From Eledone cirrhosa (Eukaryota): a DNA stretch of 64,000 nucleotides. Shown in pieces: positions 41,201 to 52,750 of the stretch (position 1 is the first letter of the stretch; each line of letters opens with the position of its first letter). The translations under genes and the position numbers were made by a program. The notes below the pieces were generated by a model. It was not told the origin of the DNA. It ran no database searches and saw nothing but the letters and a program-made list of their open reading frames with translations. The stretch spans positions 286,750,001 through 286,814,000 of the forward strand of contig OZ024743.1 of assembly GCA_964016885.1 (NCBI GenBank), written 5' to 3'.

Positions 41201-44200
41201 TTTTCAACAGTAATACTATACTATATATTTTCAACAGTAATACTGTACTATACAATATATTTTCAACAGTAATACTATACTATATATTTTCAACAGTAAT
41301 ACTATACTATATATTTTCAACAGTAATACTATACTATATATTTCCAACAGTAATACTATACTATATGTTTTCAACAGTAATACTGTACTATACAATATAT
41401 TTTCAACAGTAATACTATATGTTTTCAACAGTAATACTATACTATACAATATATTTTCAACAGTAATACTGTACTATACAATATATTTTCAACAGTAATA
41501 CTATACTATATATTTTCAACAGTCATACTATACTATATATTTTCAATAGTAATACTATACAATATATTTTCAACAGTAATACTATACAATATATTTTCAA
41601 CAGTAATACTATACAATATATTTCCAACAGTAATACTATATATTTCCAACAGTAATACTATACTATATATTTTCAACAGTAATTCTATACTATATATTTT
41701 CAACAGTAATACTATACAATATATTTTCAACAGTAATACTGTACTATACAATATATTTTCAACAGTAATACTATACTATATATTTTCAACAGTAATACTG
41801 TACTATACAATATATTTTCAACAGTAATACTGTACTATACAATATATTTTCAACAGTAATACTATACTATATATTTTCAACAGTAATACTATACTATATA
41901 TTTCCAACAGTAATACTATACTATATGTTTTCAACAGTAATACTGTACTATACAATATATTTTCAACAGTAATACTATATGTTTTCAACAGTAATACTGT
42001 ACTATACAATATATTTTCAACAGTAAAACTATACTATATGTTTTCAACAGTAATACTATACTATACAATATATTTTCAACAGTAATACTGTACTATACAA
42101 TATATTTTCAACAGTAATACTATACTATATATTTTCAACAGTAATACTATACTATATATTTTCAACAGTAATACTATACAATATATTTTCAACAGTAATA
42201 CTATACAATATATTTTCAACAGTAATACTATACAATATATTTCCAACAGTAATACTATACTATATATTTCCAACAGTAATACTATACTATATATTTTCAA
42301 CAGTAATTCTATACTATATATTTTCAACAGTAATACTATACAATATATTTTCAACAGTAATACTGTACTATACAATATATTTTCAACAGTAATACTATAC
42401 TATATATTTTCAACAGTAATACTGTACTATACAATATATTTTCAACAGTAATACTGTACTATACAATATATTTTCAACAGTAATACTATACTATATATTT
42501 TTAACAGTAATACTATACTATATATTTCCAACAGTAATACTATACTATATGTTTTCAACAGTAATACTGTACTATACAATATATTTTCAACAGTAATACT
42601 ATATGCTTTCAACAGTAATACTGTACTATACAATATATTTTCAACAGTAAAACTATACTATATGTTTTCAACAGTAATACTATACTATACAATATATTTT
42701 CAACAGTAATACTGTACTATACAATATATTTTCAACAGTAATACTATACTATATATTTTCAACAGTAATACTATACTATATATTTTCAACAGTAATACTA
42801 TACAATATATTTTCAACAGTAATACTATACAATATATTTTCAACAGTAATACTATACAATATATTTCCAACAGTAATACTATACTATATATTTCCAACAG
42901 TAATACTATACTATATATTTTCAACAGTAATTCTATACTATATATTTTCAACAGTGATACTATACAATATATTTTCAACAGTAATACTGTACTATACAAT
43001 ATATTTTCAACAGTAATACTATACTATATATTTTCAACAGTAATACTGTACTATACAATATATTTTCAACAGTAATACTGTACTATACAATATATTTTCA
43101 ACAGTAATACTATACTATATATTTTCAACAGTAATACTATACTATATATTTCCAACAGTAATACTATACTATATGTTTTCAACAGTAATACTGTACTATA
43201 CAATATATTTTCAACAGTAATACTATATGTTTTCAACAGTAATACTGTACTATACAATATATTTTCAACAGTAAAACTATACTATATGTTTTCAACAGTA
43301 ATACTATACTATACAATATATTTTCAACAGTAATACTGTACTATACAATATATTTTCAACAGTAATACTATACTATATATTTTCAACAGTAATACTATAC
43401 TATATATTTTCAACAGTAATACTATACAATATATTTTCAACAGTAATACTATACAATATATTTTCAACAGTAATACTATACAATATATTTCCAACAGTAA
43501 TACTATACTATATATTTCCAACAGTAATACTATACTATATATTTTCAACAGTAATTCTATACTATATATTTTCAACAGTAATACTATACAATATATTTTC
43601 AACAGTAATACTATACTATATATTTTCAACAGTAATACTGTACTATACAATATATTTTCAACAGTAATACTATACAATATATTTTCAACAGTAATTCTAT
43701 ACTATATATTTTCAACAGTAATACTATACTATATGTTTTCAACAGTAATACTGTACTATATATTTTCAACAGTAATACTATACTATATATTTTCAAAAGT
43801 AATACTGTACTATATATTTTCAAAAGTAATACTGTACTATATATTTTCAAAAGTAATACTGTACTATATATTTTCAACAGTAATATTATACTATATATTT
43901 CCAACAGTAATACTATACTATATATTTTCAACAGTAATATTATACTATATATTTCCAACAGTAATACTATACTATATATTTTCAAAAGCAATACTATACT
44001 ATATATTTTCAACAGTAATACTGTACTATATATTTTCAACAGTAATATTATACTATATATTTCCAACAGTAATACTATACTATATATTTTCAAAAGTAAT
44101 ACTATACTATATATTTTCAACAGTAATACTGTACTATATATTTCCAACAGTAATACTATACTATATATTTTCAACAGTAATATTATACTATATATTTTCA

Positions 44201-44808
44201 ACAGTAATACTATACTATATATTTTCAACAGTAATACTATACTATACTATATATTTTCAAAAGTAATACTATACTATATATTTTCAAAAGTAATACTATA
44301 CTATATGTTTTCAACAGTAATATTATACTATATATTTTTAACAGTAATACTGTACTATATATTTTCAACAGTAATACTGTACTATATATTTTCAACAGTA
44401 ATATTATACTATATATTTTTAACAGTAATACTGTACTATATATTTTCAACAGTAATACTGTACTATATATTTCTAACAGTAATACTATACTATATATTTT
44501 CAAAAGTAATACTATACTATATATTTTCAACAGTAATACTGTACTATATATTTCCAACAGTACTACTATACTATATGTTTTCAACAGTATTACTATACTA
44601 TACTATATATTTTCAACAGTAATACTGTACTGTACTATATATTTTCAACAGTAATACTATATATACTATACTATATATTTTCAACAGTAATACTATACAA
44701 CACAGACGGATTATCGTCTGTTTATCCAAGCGAAACTAGGTACGTCAGCTATATAGATATATATCTGGATGCCGTAGAACACGCCAATGGTAGCCGGGCG
44801 CCAGCTAG
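29276..44808 (+). mobile_element. Composite non-autonomous Helitron-like insertion (15.5 kb) with two 3' termini
   Basis: Starts A|TCTATATTAATAAAG and ends CCAGCTAG|T with no TSD. Removing it restores the transposase frame (I-K-Y-Y-D-L-K-W). The ~80-bp 3' end is present twice (29798-29891 and 44728-44808). Confidence 0.85.
29892..44700. repeat. 27-bp satellite array (TACTATATATTTTCAACAGTAATACTA), roughly 540 monomers, with 22/32-bp variants and higher-order structure
   Basis: Directly visible. Monomer length varies by gain or loss of a TACTA/TACAA pentamer. Confidence 0.98.
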
Positions 44809-45576
44809 TACTTGATAAAAGAGAGTAACATCTTGATAGTGTTGTATGACTCTAGCCTTCCTCAAATAACCCACTGGAATAGCTGGGTACTCATTTGCAA
44901 CATGCAATAAACTGCTATCATTGAATAACTGCCAATCTGTCTCGACATCAGAAGAAATTCCCAGTACCATCATCAAACCAGTTATGTTCTAGCAACAAAC
45001 TAAACTCAGTTCATCATAAGTGTAAAAAAATTCAACAAATTTCTTCTCTTGGTGCCTGTACACTGTTTTTTTGGTTCCTTGAGCTAAGACACCAAATTCT
45101 CTGAACATTGTTCCAAAAGGTAATCATCATCTTTAGAAAGTCCCAACTTTTGAACAAAATGATCCAGTTGTTCTTGACTTAATTTAGGACAAGAATGAGG
45201 AATTTCAAAATATTTGTCATCCATTACCACTCTCTTATTAAGAGTGTTTCAAAAATAGACATGGCCTGATATCCATTATATCTACTTTCACAGCTCTCTC
45301 ATTAAAGGTTGTCAGAAAACGAACAATCAAAAGCATTCTTAAAAGACAAATAGGAACACTCAATTTACTGCATGCTATATTACATTTCTGTAAATTTGAT
45401 ACATAGTGGGGTATCTTGTAGATCAAAATCTAGATATGATGGAGCAGAATTGGTTTCATATTCAGAAAGAGCACCCTAAAATTAACTAAAATCACCCTAA
45501 TTATCTCTTGCTAAATAAACGTTTTTCATTTTGTCTTGCAGTGTTAGTATATGGATTGCATTATTGCATAAGCATT

Positions 45577-45760
45577 GGCGGTGGATTGGCAGTATCGGTA
45601 GAGGGTCGGACGCCATGCTTTCCAGCATAGTTACGTCCCTTTACGATCTGAGTTCAAATCCCGCCGAGGTTGACTTTGCCTTTCATCTTTACGGGGTCGA
45701 TAAAATAAAGTACCAGTAATGCACTGGGTAATTGCTGGCCTTGTGCCTAAAGTAGAAACA
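45577..45760 (+). mobile_element. Full-length tRNA-derived SINE family A with 17-bp TSD
   Basis: A box TGGCAGTATCGG and B box GAGTTCAAATCC. TSD ATTATTGCATAAGCATT at 45560-45576 and 45761-45777. Confidence 0.92.
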
Positions 45761-46496
45761 ATTATTGCATAAGCATTCTTGTGACTCATGTCATAAGATT
45801 TGTTTGTGCTAACATTAATTTCAGGCTTTCAACATTTATTTGTAATTTCACAAACATCAATCTCATATTCCCAAATCCCAGATAACTTTAGAAATAATGA
45901 AATGATTTGATAAACACATGCAATAATAAAAATTTATTTTATCAATATTTCTCTTACTCTACACCAAAAGTGTTTGCTTAACAATTCAGTTGCTAACACT
46001 TCGATAAGCTATGGAAAAGCTACACTTTACTGATAAGCCTCAACCATAGCAAAATAATTCATGCATCCAGTTATCTTGTGTGCTTACTGATAAATATATT
46101 ATTAGTCATCAACTTTTATTAATATTTTCTCTTAAGGCATGCCTTACTCCCTTTTTAATGGTTTTAGTTTTGAGGCTGGGGCTGTGCTATAGTTTCTGCT
46201 GACCATAATTTAATTATTTAATATTTCAATCATGAAATATTCTTTCACCTACATGATTGTCATTATCATAATTTTAAATAAGGGCATTGGGTAAGGGCGG
46301 TGGATTGGCAGTATTGGTAGTGAGTTCAAATCCCGCAGATTTTGAAAATCAAATCCATTTTTCTCTAGGATGCACTGTTTCAGCACCTTTCAGTGGCATA
46401 CATGCATACATATATGCACACATTTACTCTGAAATATATTATATATCATCATCATAGCTTAAAAATAATTTTAAAATAATTAAATTATACAGACAT

Positions 46497-46841
46497 GGTG
46501 GCACATGGCTTAGTGGTGGTTAAAGCATTGGCCTTGCAATCGAAAGGTTGTGAGTTCAATTCTCAGACCAGGTGATGTGTTGTTTCCTTGAGCAAGACAC
46601 TTTATTTCACATTGCTCCAGTTTACTCAGCTGTAGAAATGAGATGACAGGGACTGCAGTCCCTATCATACCACTGGAAAGTGGTCGTGGAGGTGCCACGG
46701 GAAAAAAGCACCCAGCACTCACTGTAAATGAGGTTGGTGTTAGGAAGGGCATCCAGCTGTAGAAATCAAGCCAGAATCAGTTCCCGTCCCACCCTTGTAA
46801 GCAGGGAAAAGCGGACGTAAAATGGAATGATGATGATGATG
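46497..46841 (+). mobile_element. Full-length tRNA-derived SINE family B with RTE-derived tail
   Basis: A box TGGCTTAGTGG, B box GAGTTCAATTC, CCTTGAGCAAGACACTT core, a tail matching RTE 3' ends, (GAT)n, and TSD AGACAT (46491-46496 / 46842-46847). Confidence 0.9.
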
Positions 46842-47039
46842 AGACATGTATATAATGTAAAATGAAATTGGAAGGCCCGTATATATATATATATGTGTGT
46901 GTGTGTACATATATATATATGTAGGTGTCAGTGACCTATATAAACTAGTCACTCACACACACACACACATACACACACACTGTTCTAACAAAAGCTATAT
47001 GATACATGTGACTTAATATTCAGTCACCAAATTCGAGTT

Positions 47040-47860
47040 CATCATCATCATCATCACCGTTTTACGTCCGTTCTTCCACGCTAGCATGGGTTAGATGGGT
47101 TGTCCTGTTGTGGGCAGTGTCTGGTCGGCTGACCATACCTTGCTCATACAGGAACTGATTTGGCTTGATTTCTACAGCTGGATGCCTTTCCTAACACCAA
47201 CCTCATTTACAGTGAGTGCTGGGTGCTTTTTCGTGGTGCCTACACGTCCACTTTACAGTGTAGGCGGGGTGCTTTTTTGCCGTGGCACCTCCACGACCAC
47301 CTTGCAGTGGGAGGATGTGGGGGCATATTTTCTATATGCTTCAGCTTGTACCCATGGGAGGTCGGGTACTCTGTATTACTGCGTGACGCCAGAGGTCAGC
47401 TTTTATCACCTCATCCCAGGTCATCTTGGGTCTCCCCACTCCACGGCTTCCATCGACTTCTAGTGGTCTGCACCTTTTTATGCAGCTGTCATCCTTCATA
47501 TGCATCACATCTCCATACCAATGCATCCGCCTCTCCACACAGCATTTGATTCCTCTTATGCTCAGTCAGTCTCTCTCTCAATTCATTTATGCTTTGTCGT
47601 TCGTGTATATTACTATTACACATCCATCGGAGCATGCAGGCTTCGTTTCTCTCTAATCTATGTAAGTCTTCCACCTTCAGTGCCCAGGTCTCACTACTAT
47701 GTAACATTGCTGTTCTGCCTTTCATTTTGAGGGAGAAGCCTTTTGCAGCTAGCAGTGGTAGTAGTTCCCTGAACTTCTTCCATCCCGTTCTTACCCTAGT
47801 TATTGTACTTTCTGAACACCCACCTCCGCTGCTAATTCGGTCACCTAGGTAGCAGAAGCT
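47040..47860 (-). mobile_element. 5'-truncated RTE-clade LINE with internal deletions
   Basis: SFCYLGDRISSGGG..RTGWKKFRELLPLL..; 3' UTR nearly identical to 6880-7239; (GAT)n tail. Confidence 0.9.
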
Positions 47861-48134
47861 GTAGATACTGTAATGCTGTATTCGATTGTTTGAAGTCACT
47901 TGTTATAATTTAATTCAACAACACCACTATCTCTCTCTCTCTCTTCTATTTTCCTTCTCCCTTTTTCTCTATCTTTCTCTCTCAAAACTTGTTTTATTCC
48001 ATTTGTATTCCCATTTCAGGGGCAACTTCCTTTCAAAGTATTTTCCAATTATGTGCCATTCTGGCTGTATTAAATTACAGACAAGCACACAATCACAGAG
48101 TTTTAGCAGTATATGGATATATATGTATATATAT

Positions 48135-48235
48135 GTTAGAAAGAGTTAGGGCCCAATGGTTGAGCTCTTGCCATTTCAAGAGCTAGTTCCAGACTCTGGA
48201 ATTAGCTGTCAAAATGGCCCCGACGCTTTCTAATA
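48135..48235. repeat. Imperfect ~100-bp hairpin/foldback
   Basis: Outer arms TAGAAAGAGTTAGGGCC / GGCCCCGACGCTTTCTA and inner arms GCCATTTCAAGAGCTAGTTCCAGA / TCTGGAATTAGCTGTCAAAATGGC. Confidence 0.7.
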
Positions 48236-48325
48236 TAGTTACACTCAACTATCCCAAGTATCGAGTAATCTGCTGAATAATGGTTTTATTAGTTTAAAAA
48301 CTGGTAAAATCCTGATCTATCAACC

Positions 48326-48397
<72 letters not shown>

Positions 48398-48402
<5 letters not shown>

Positions 48403-48700
48403 ATATACTTTCCTTGTGCATATTAACAGCTGAGTAGCCCGATTAACCCACTCGATATGCAAATTGGGCTACTCAACCATTAATATGCATAAGGAAAGTA
48501 TATACTTTCGGACATTCAACTATCTGGCCGGAAGGTATACATTGCTGACGATAGCTAACAAGCTTGAAACTAGTACAGCATTCCTTTGTCAGTGTTGTAC
48601 AAAGGAGCAACGATGGTTGCTAGACATTACGGCTTAATACGGGATGTTTGTTTACAAACGCACCGAGCATTATAATAAATGTGGTGAATCCATACGTACA
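48398..48700 (+). mobile_element. Probable Penelope-like remnant: ~47-bp inverted repeat followed by a hammerhead motif, in (TA)n
   Basis: Inverted arms 48398-48447 / 48462-48508, hammerhead motif at 48542-48578, microsatellite flanks. Confidence 0.5.
48542..48578 (+). ncRNA. Minimal hammerhead ribozyme motif
   Basis: TTG CTGACGA T-AGC-TAACAA-GCT-T GAAA CTAG (palindromic stem III) TA CAG. Stem I is only about 3 bp. Confidence 0.55.
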
Positions 48701-48796
48701 TATATATATGTGTGCATGTATGTATATATACATACTACTGTACGTCTGTATACATATATGTATGTACGTATACATACTTATATATATACACATATA

Positions 48797-49380
48797 TCAT
48801 CATCATCATCATCATTCTATGTCCACTTTTCCCTGCTTGCAAGGGTGGGAAGGGTCTTATTAAGCACGAGATCTCTCCATTCATCACGGTCCTTTGTCAT
48901 CTCCTCCGCGAACTACAACGATCTGAGGTTTGCTCTCACTACCTCTGCCCATGTTTTTCGTGGTCTTCCTCGACTGTGTCTTCCTTCTACTGGGATTTCT
49001 TGGTCATCCTCTATGCACATCACATGTCCATACCAACGCAGTCTTCTCTCCAGCACACTACAGCCTATCCCTCTTATACACAGTTTCTCTCTCAACTCGT
49101 CTATGCTTGGTCATTAACGCACATTGGCATTGCACATCCAACGGAGCATGCTTTCTTCATTTCTCTCCAGCTGTCGCATATCTTCTACAGTTGCTGCCCA
49201 TGTCTCACTACCATGCAGCATCGCACATCTCACACAGGCATCATATAACCAGCCTTTCGTTCGTAGGGAGAAACCCTTCTTTGTCAACAGAGGAAGCAGC
49301 TCCCTAAACTTCTTCCAACCTGTCCTTATTCTGGAAACTATGGCCTCAGAGCACCCTCCTCCCTTACTAATCTGATCTGA
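48797..49380 (-). mobile_element. RTE subfamily B 3' fragment
   Basis: Reverse-complement homolog of 26297-26918, with a small internal deletion; (GAT)n tail. Confidence 0.9.
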
Positions 49381-49424
49381 TATATATATATCATATATAT
49401 ATATATGATCTGATATATATATAT

Positions 49425-52035
49425 AAAAGCCTTCCCTGGTGAGGAATGTACCTCCCAACATAACTTAGTTGTCAGTGACCTCATTGTCAAAACTAGACGA
49501 ACTTGGAAACAGAAGACAACCTGGAGAAGAAAGATCTAGAAGCTGAAAGACCCCACAGCCAGTAACAGATTTTAAAATATTTTACTCAACGCCTATGACA
49601 GTAAAGAAGAACAGATAGATACATTCAATGTAGAAGAGGACTGGGAATTCCTAAAAAATAATTTACTAAAAGACGAGATCTGGGGTTGGAGCAAGACCAC
49701 AGGGAGGAGGAAAGCGACTTGGTGGTGGAACAATAAGGTAGATGAGGCAGTTAAGGCCAAGAGACAGGCATGGAAAGAATGGAAGAATGGGGGAAGCAGG
49801 GTACATTACATAGAGACCAGGAGGGAAGCTAGGCGACAAGTATACTTAGCTAGAAGGGAAGCATGTTTTGCAACGTGAGGGACCAGAAACAAGAGGTGTT
49901 CAAGATTGTGAGGCAGTGTGTCAGAGAGAATTGTGATGTCATTGGAGAGAAGTGTATCCAGAATGATAAAGGTGAGCTTGCCCTCACAAGTACCGAGAGG
50001 AAAGATGCGTGGAAGAGCCATTATGAAAGATTACTAAAAGAGGAGAATGCATGGGAAAAAGAGACCCTACCCCAAGTGGACCCTATAGAGGGGCCAGCAG
50101 TACAAGTCAGCAGCAGCGTAGTAAGTAAGGCAATCAAAGATATGAAGACAGGTAAGGCAACCGGTCCATCGAGTATAGCTGCCGAAATGCTGAAGGCACC
50201 AGGGTCGGTAGGTCACACCATAACCACACGTATTGTTAACCAGGTAATACTAGAGGCTGTCATACCAAAAGATTGGTGCAGTAGCATCATTGTAAACTGC
50301 TACAAGGGTAAAGGTGATGCACTAAATAGAGGAAACTATAGAGGTATAAAGCTGATGGACCAGGTCATGAAAGTAACGGAAAGAGTTATAGCACAGTTGA
50401 TTAGGGACTGGGTAAAACTAGATGAGATGCAATTTGGGTTTGTGCCAGGAAAAGGCACCACTGATGCCCTCTTCCTTGTGAGGCAATTACAGGAAAAGTA
50501 CCTAGCTAAAAGTAAGCCGCTCTATCTGGCATTTGTCGATCTGGAAAAAGCTTCCGACAGAGTCCCCCGTGCTATAATCTGGTGGGCTCTTCGAAAACTA
50601 GGAGTAGATGAATGGCTTGTGAAAGCTGTAGAAACCATGTATAGAGGAGCAGTCAGCAAAGTTAGGATTAGCAATGACTATAGCGAGGAATTTATCATAC
50701 AGGTCGGTGTCCACCAGGGCTCTATTCTTAGCCCTCTCCTGTTCATTATAATTTTGCAGGCAATAACAGAGGAGTTTAAGACCAAATGCCCATGGAAACT
50801 CCTATATGCGGATGACCTCGCACTTATAGCTGAATCTATGGTAGAACTAGAGAGGAAATTCCAAACATGGAAGCAGGGACTAGAAAGAAAGGGTCTCAAA
50901 GTCAACTTGACAAAGACTAAGGTCCTCGTAAGTAGACGAGAAAACAGAATCCAGATCCCCTCAGGGAAATGGCCTTGCTCAGTTTGTAGGAAAGGTGTAG
51001 GAACTCCATCCTCTGCCCCAAAGGCAAACAATGGGTACACAAGAGATGCAGTGGGATCTCAGAAAGCTTAACTATGAATGTAGGCTTCATATGTAGCAGC
51101 TGCACTGGGACAGCAAGCATCAAACAGCCACAGGAAATAAGCACCACCAAACTCTGGGAGGGCTCTGTAGAAACAGTAGACAGCTTCTGCTATCTAGGTG
51201 ACCGAATTAGCAGCGGAGGTGGGTGTTCGGAAAGTACAGTAACTAGGGTAAGAACAGGATGGAAGAAGTTCAGGGAGCTACTGCCACTGCTAGCTACAAA
51301 AGGCTTTTCCCTCAAAATGAAAAGCAGACTGTATGATGTGTGTATACGGACAGCAATGTTACATGGTAGTGAGACCTGGGTGCTGTCTGTGGAAGACTTG
51401 CATAGATTAGAAAGAAACGAAGCCTGCATTCTCCGATGGATGTGTAATAGTAATATATGCAAACGGCAAAGCATAAATGAATTGAGAGAGAGACTGAGCA
51501 TAAGAGGAATCAAATGCTGTGTGCAGGAGAGGAGGTTGTGCTGGTATAGACATGTGATGTGTATGAAGGATGACAGGTGCATAAAAAGGTGCAGAGCACT
51601 AGAAGTCGATGGAAGCCACAGAGTGGGGAGACCCAAGAAGACCTGGAATGAGGTGATAGAAGCTGCCTTGCCCAATTGCACCTCTCAAAGGTGATGACAC
51701 ATGACCATGACCTCTGGTGTCATGCAGTAATACGGAAGACCCGACTTCCCACAGGTACAAGCTGAAGCTGAAGCATATAGGCAACATACCCACCCCATCC
51801 CACTGTAAAGTGGACGTGGAGGTGCCACGGAAAAAAAGCACCCAGCACTCATTGTAAATGAGGTTGGTGTTAGGAAGGGCATCCAGCTGTAGAAATCATG
51901 CCAGAATCAGTTCCCATATGAGCAAGACAAGTTCAGCCGACCAGACACTGCCCACAACAGGACAACCCGTCTAACCCATGCTAGCATGGAAGAATGGACG
52001 TAAAACGATGATGATGATGATGATGATGATGATGA
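49425..52035 (+). mobile_element. Long 5'-truncated RTE-clade LINE (end of APE domain, RT, PHD-like finger, 3' UTR), frameshifted
   Basis: KAFPGEECTSQHNLVVSDL (APE C-terminus), TWWWN, NYRGIKL, QFGFVPGKGTTDA, GVHQGSILSPLLF, LLYADDL; frameshift near 51002; (GAT)n tail. Confidence 0.95.
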
Positions 52036-52231
52036 TATAGCTAACTAAACACACACTTGCTTTCTCTGCCAACATTTTTTTTTCTATTTTTTCCTCTACT
52101 TCCTCTATTTTTCTTTCTATTTCTTCTTTTATCGTTCATCCCCTTTTCTGATGAATGACTAATGTTCACAACATTAAGACTCTTTTCCTACTATATCAAG
52201 TGTCTTGTTTCCCTGTGTTATTTATCCATTT

Positions 52232-52360
52232 AATCCCTTTATGATCTGAGTTCAAATCCCGCCGAGGTTAACTTTGCCTTTCATCCTTACGGGGTCGATA
52301 AAATAAAGTACCAGTAATGCACTGGAATAATTGCTGGCCTTGTGCCAAAAGCAGAAACAG
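52232..52360 (+). mobile_element. 5'-truncated SINE family A
   Basis: Matches 45637-45760. TTATTTATCCATTTAAT occurs on both sides as a probable TSD. Confidence 0.85.
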
Positions 52361-52750
52361 TTATTTATCCATTTAATGTTTGCATACATTTACACACATA
52401 CACACACACACACATACATATACTCACATATGTACACACATATATACATATATAGTTGCTTTTCTTTGAGAGATATATTAAAACTGTGTTCTAGTTTAAT
52501 CTTTTTAATTAATGTTTTCAAATATTTCTGCACACACAAACACAAACTACCAACTATTTATCTGTAAATATTGATATTTTCTGAATGGTCCATCTCATGC
52601 TAGCATGAATTGAGTAGTTTTGAAGATTATGAAAACATACTTTAAAAAGTTATTAAGAAACGAAAAAAATAAACAAAAAAGCATTATATGTATGTATGAA
52701 TACATAATTGTTTCTACTTTTGGCACAAGGCCAGCAATTACCCAGTGTAT

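Larger units (their letters stand above)
28287..45543 (-). mobile_element. Decayed Chapaev3-type (CMC) DNA transposon, about 1.7 kb, split by the Helitron/satellite insertion
   Basis: CAC...GTG ends with long imperfect TIRs (28287-~28400 vs ~45400-45543) and TTG/TTA flanks. Minus-strand transposase relics read QEQLDHFVQKLGLSK..WQLFNDSS..NEYPAIPVG..IK|YYDLKWK..LPPLYIKFGIFKNVVK..LSKAKIKEGVFVG..HLDFFPLDLGRISDEHGERFHQ..MADFCW. The family name is from recalled motifs. Confidence 0.78.
46458..48112. mobile_element. Copy of the 2976-3830 Helitron/Helentron-like family interrupted by a SINE and a LINE
   Basis: Pieces 46458-46496, 46842-47039 and 47860-48112 align in order to 3010-3825. Confidence 0.7.

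Noticed and set aside
29879-44622. Dozens of ORFs of the type (FSTVILYYI)n / (KIYSIVLLL)n
   Set aside because: They arise because the 27-bp monomer is a multiple of 3 and lacks stops in some frames. Frames break at every 22/32-bp variant, and there is no protein-like complexity.
29892-44700. CRISPR-like appearance of a ~27-bp repeat
   Set aside because: The repeats are directly adjacent with no unique spacers, there are no cas genes, and the context is eukaryotic.
45577-46580. tRNA genes at SINE heads (45577, 46295, 46497)
   Set aside because: A and B boxes are present but no full cloverleaf. They continue into SINE bodies with tails and TSDs.
48797-52035. Divergent RTE pieces as one twin-primed inverted insertion
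   Set aside because: The minus piece is subfamily B with its own tail and overlaps the same protein region as the plus copy (subfamily A). They are two independent insertions.
52145-52185. CTGATGA in a pyrimidine-rich repeat, possible decayed hammerhead
   Set aside because: GAAA is absent and the stems are not convincing.
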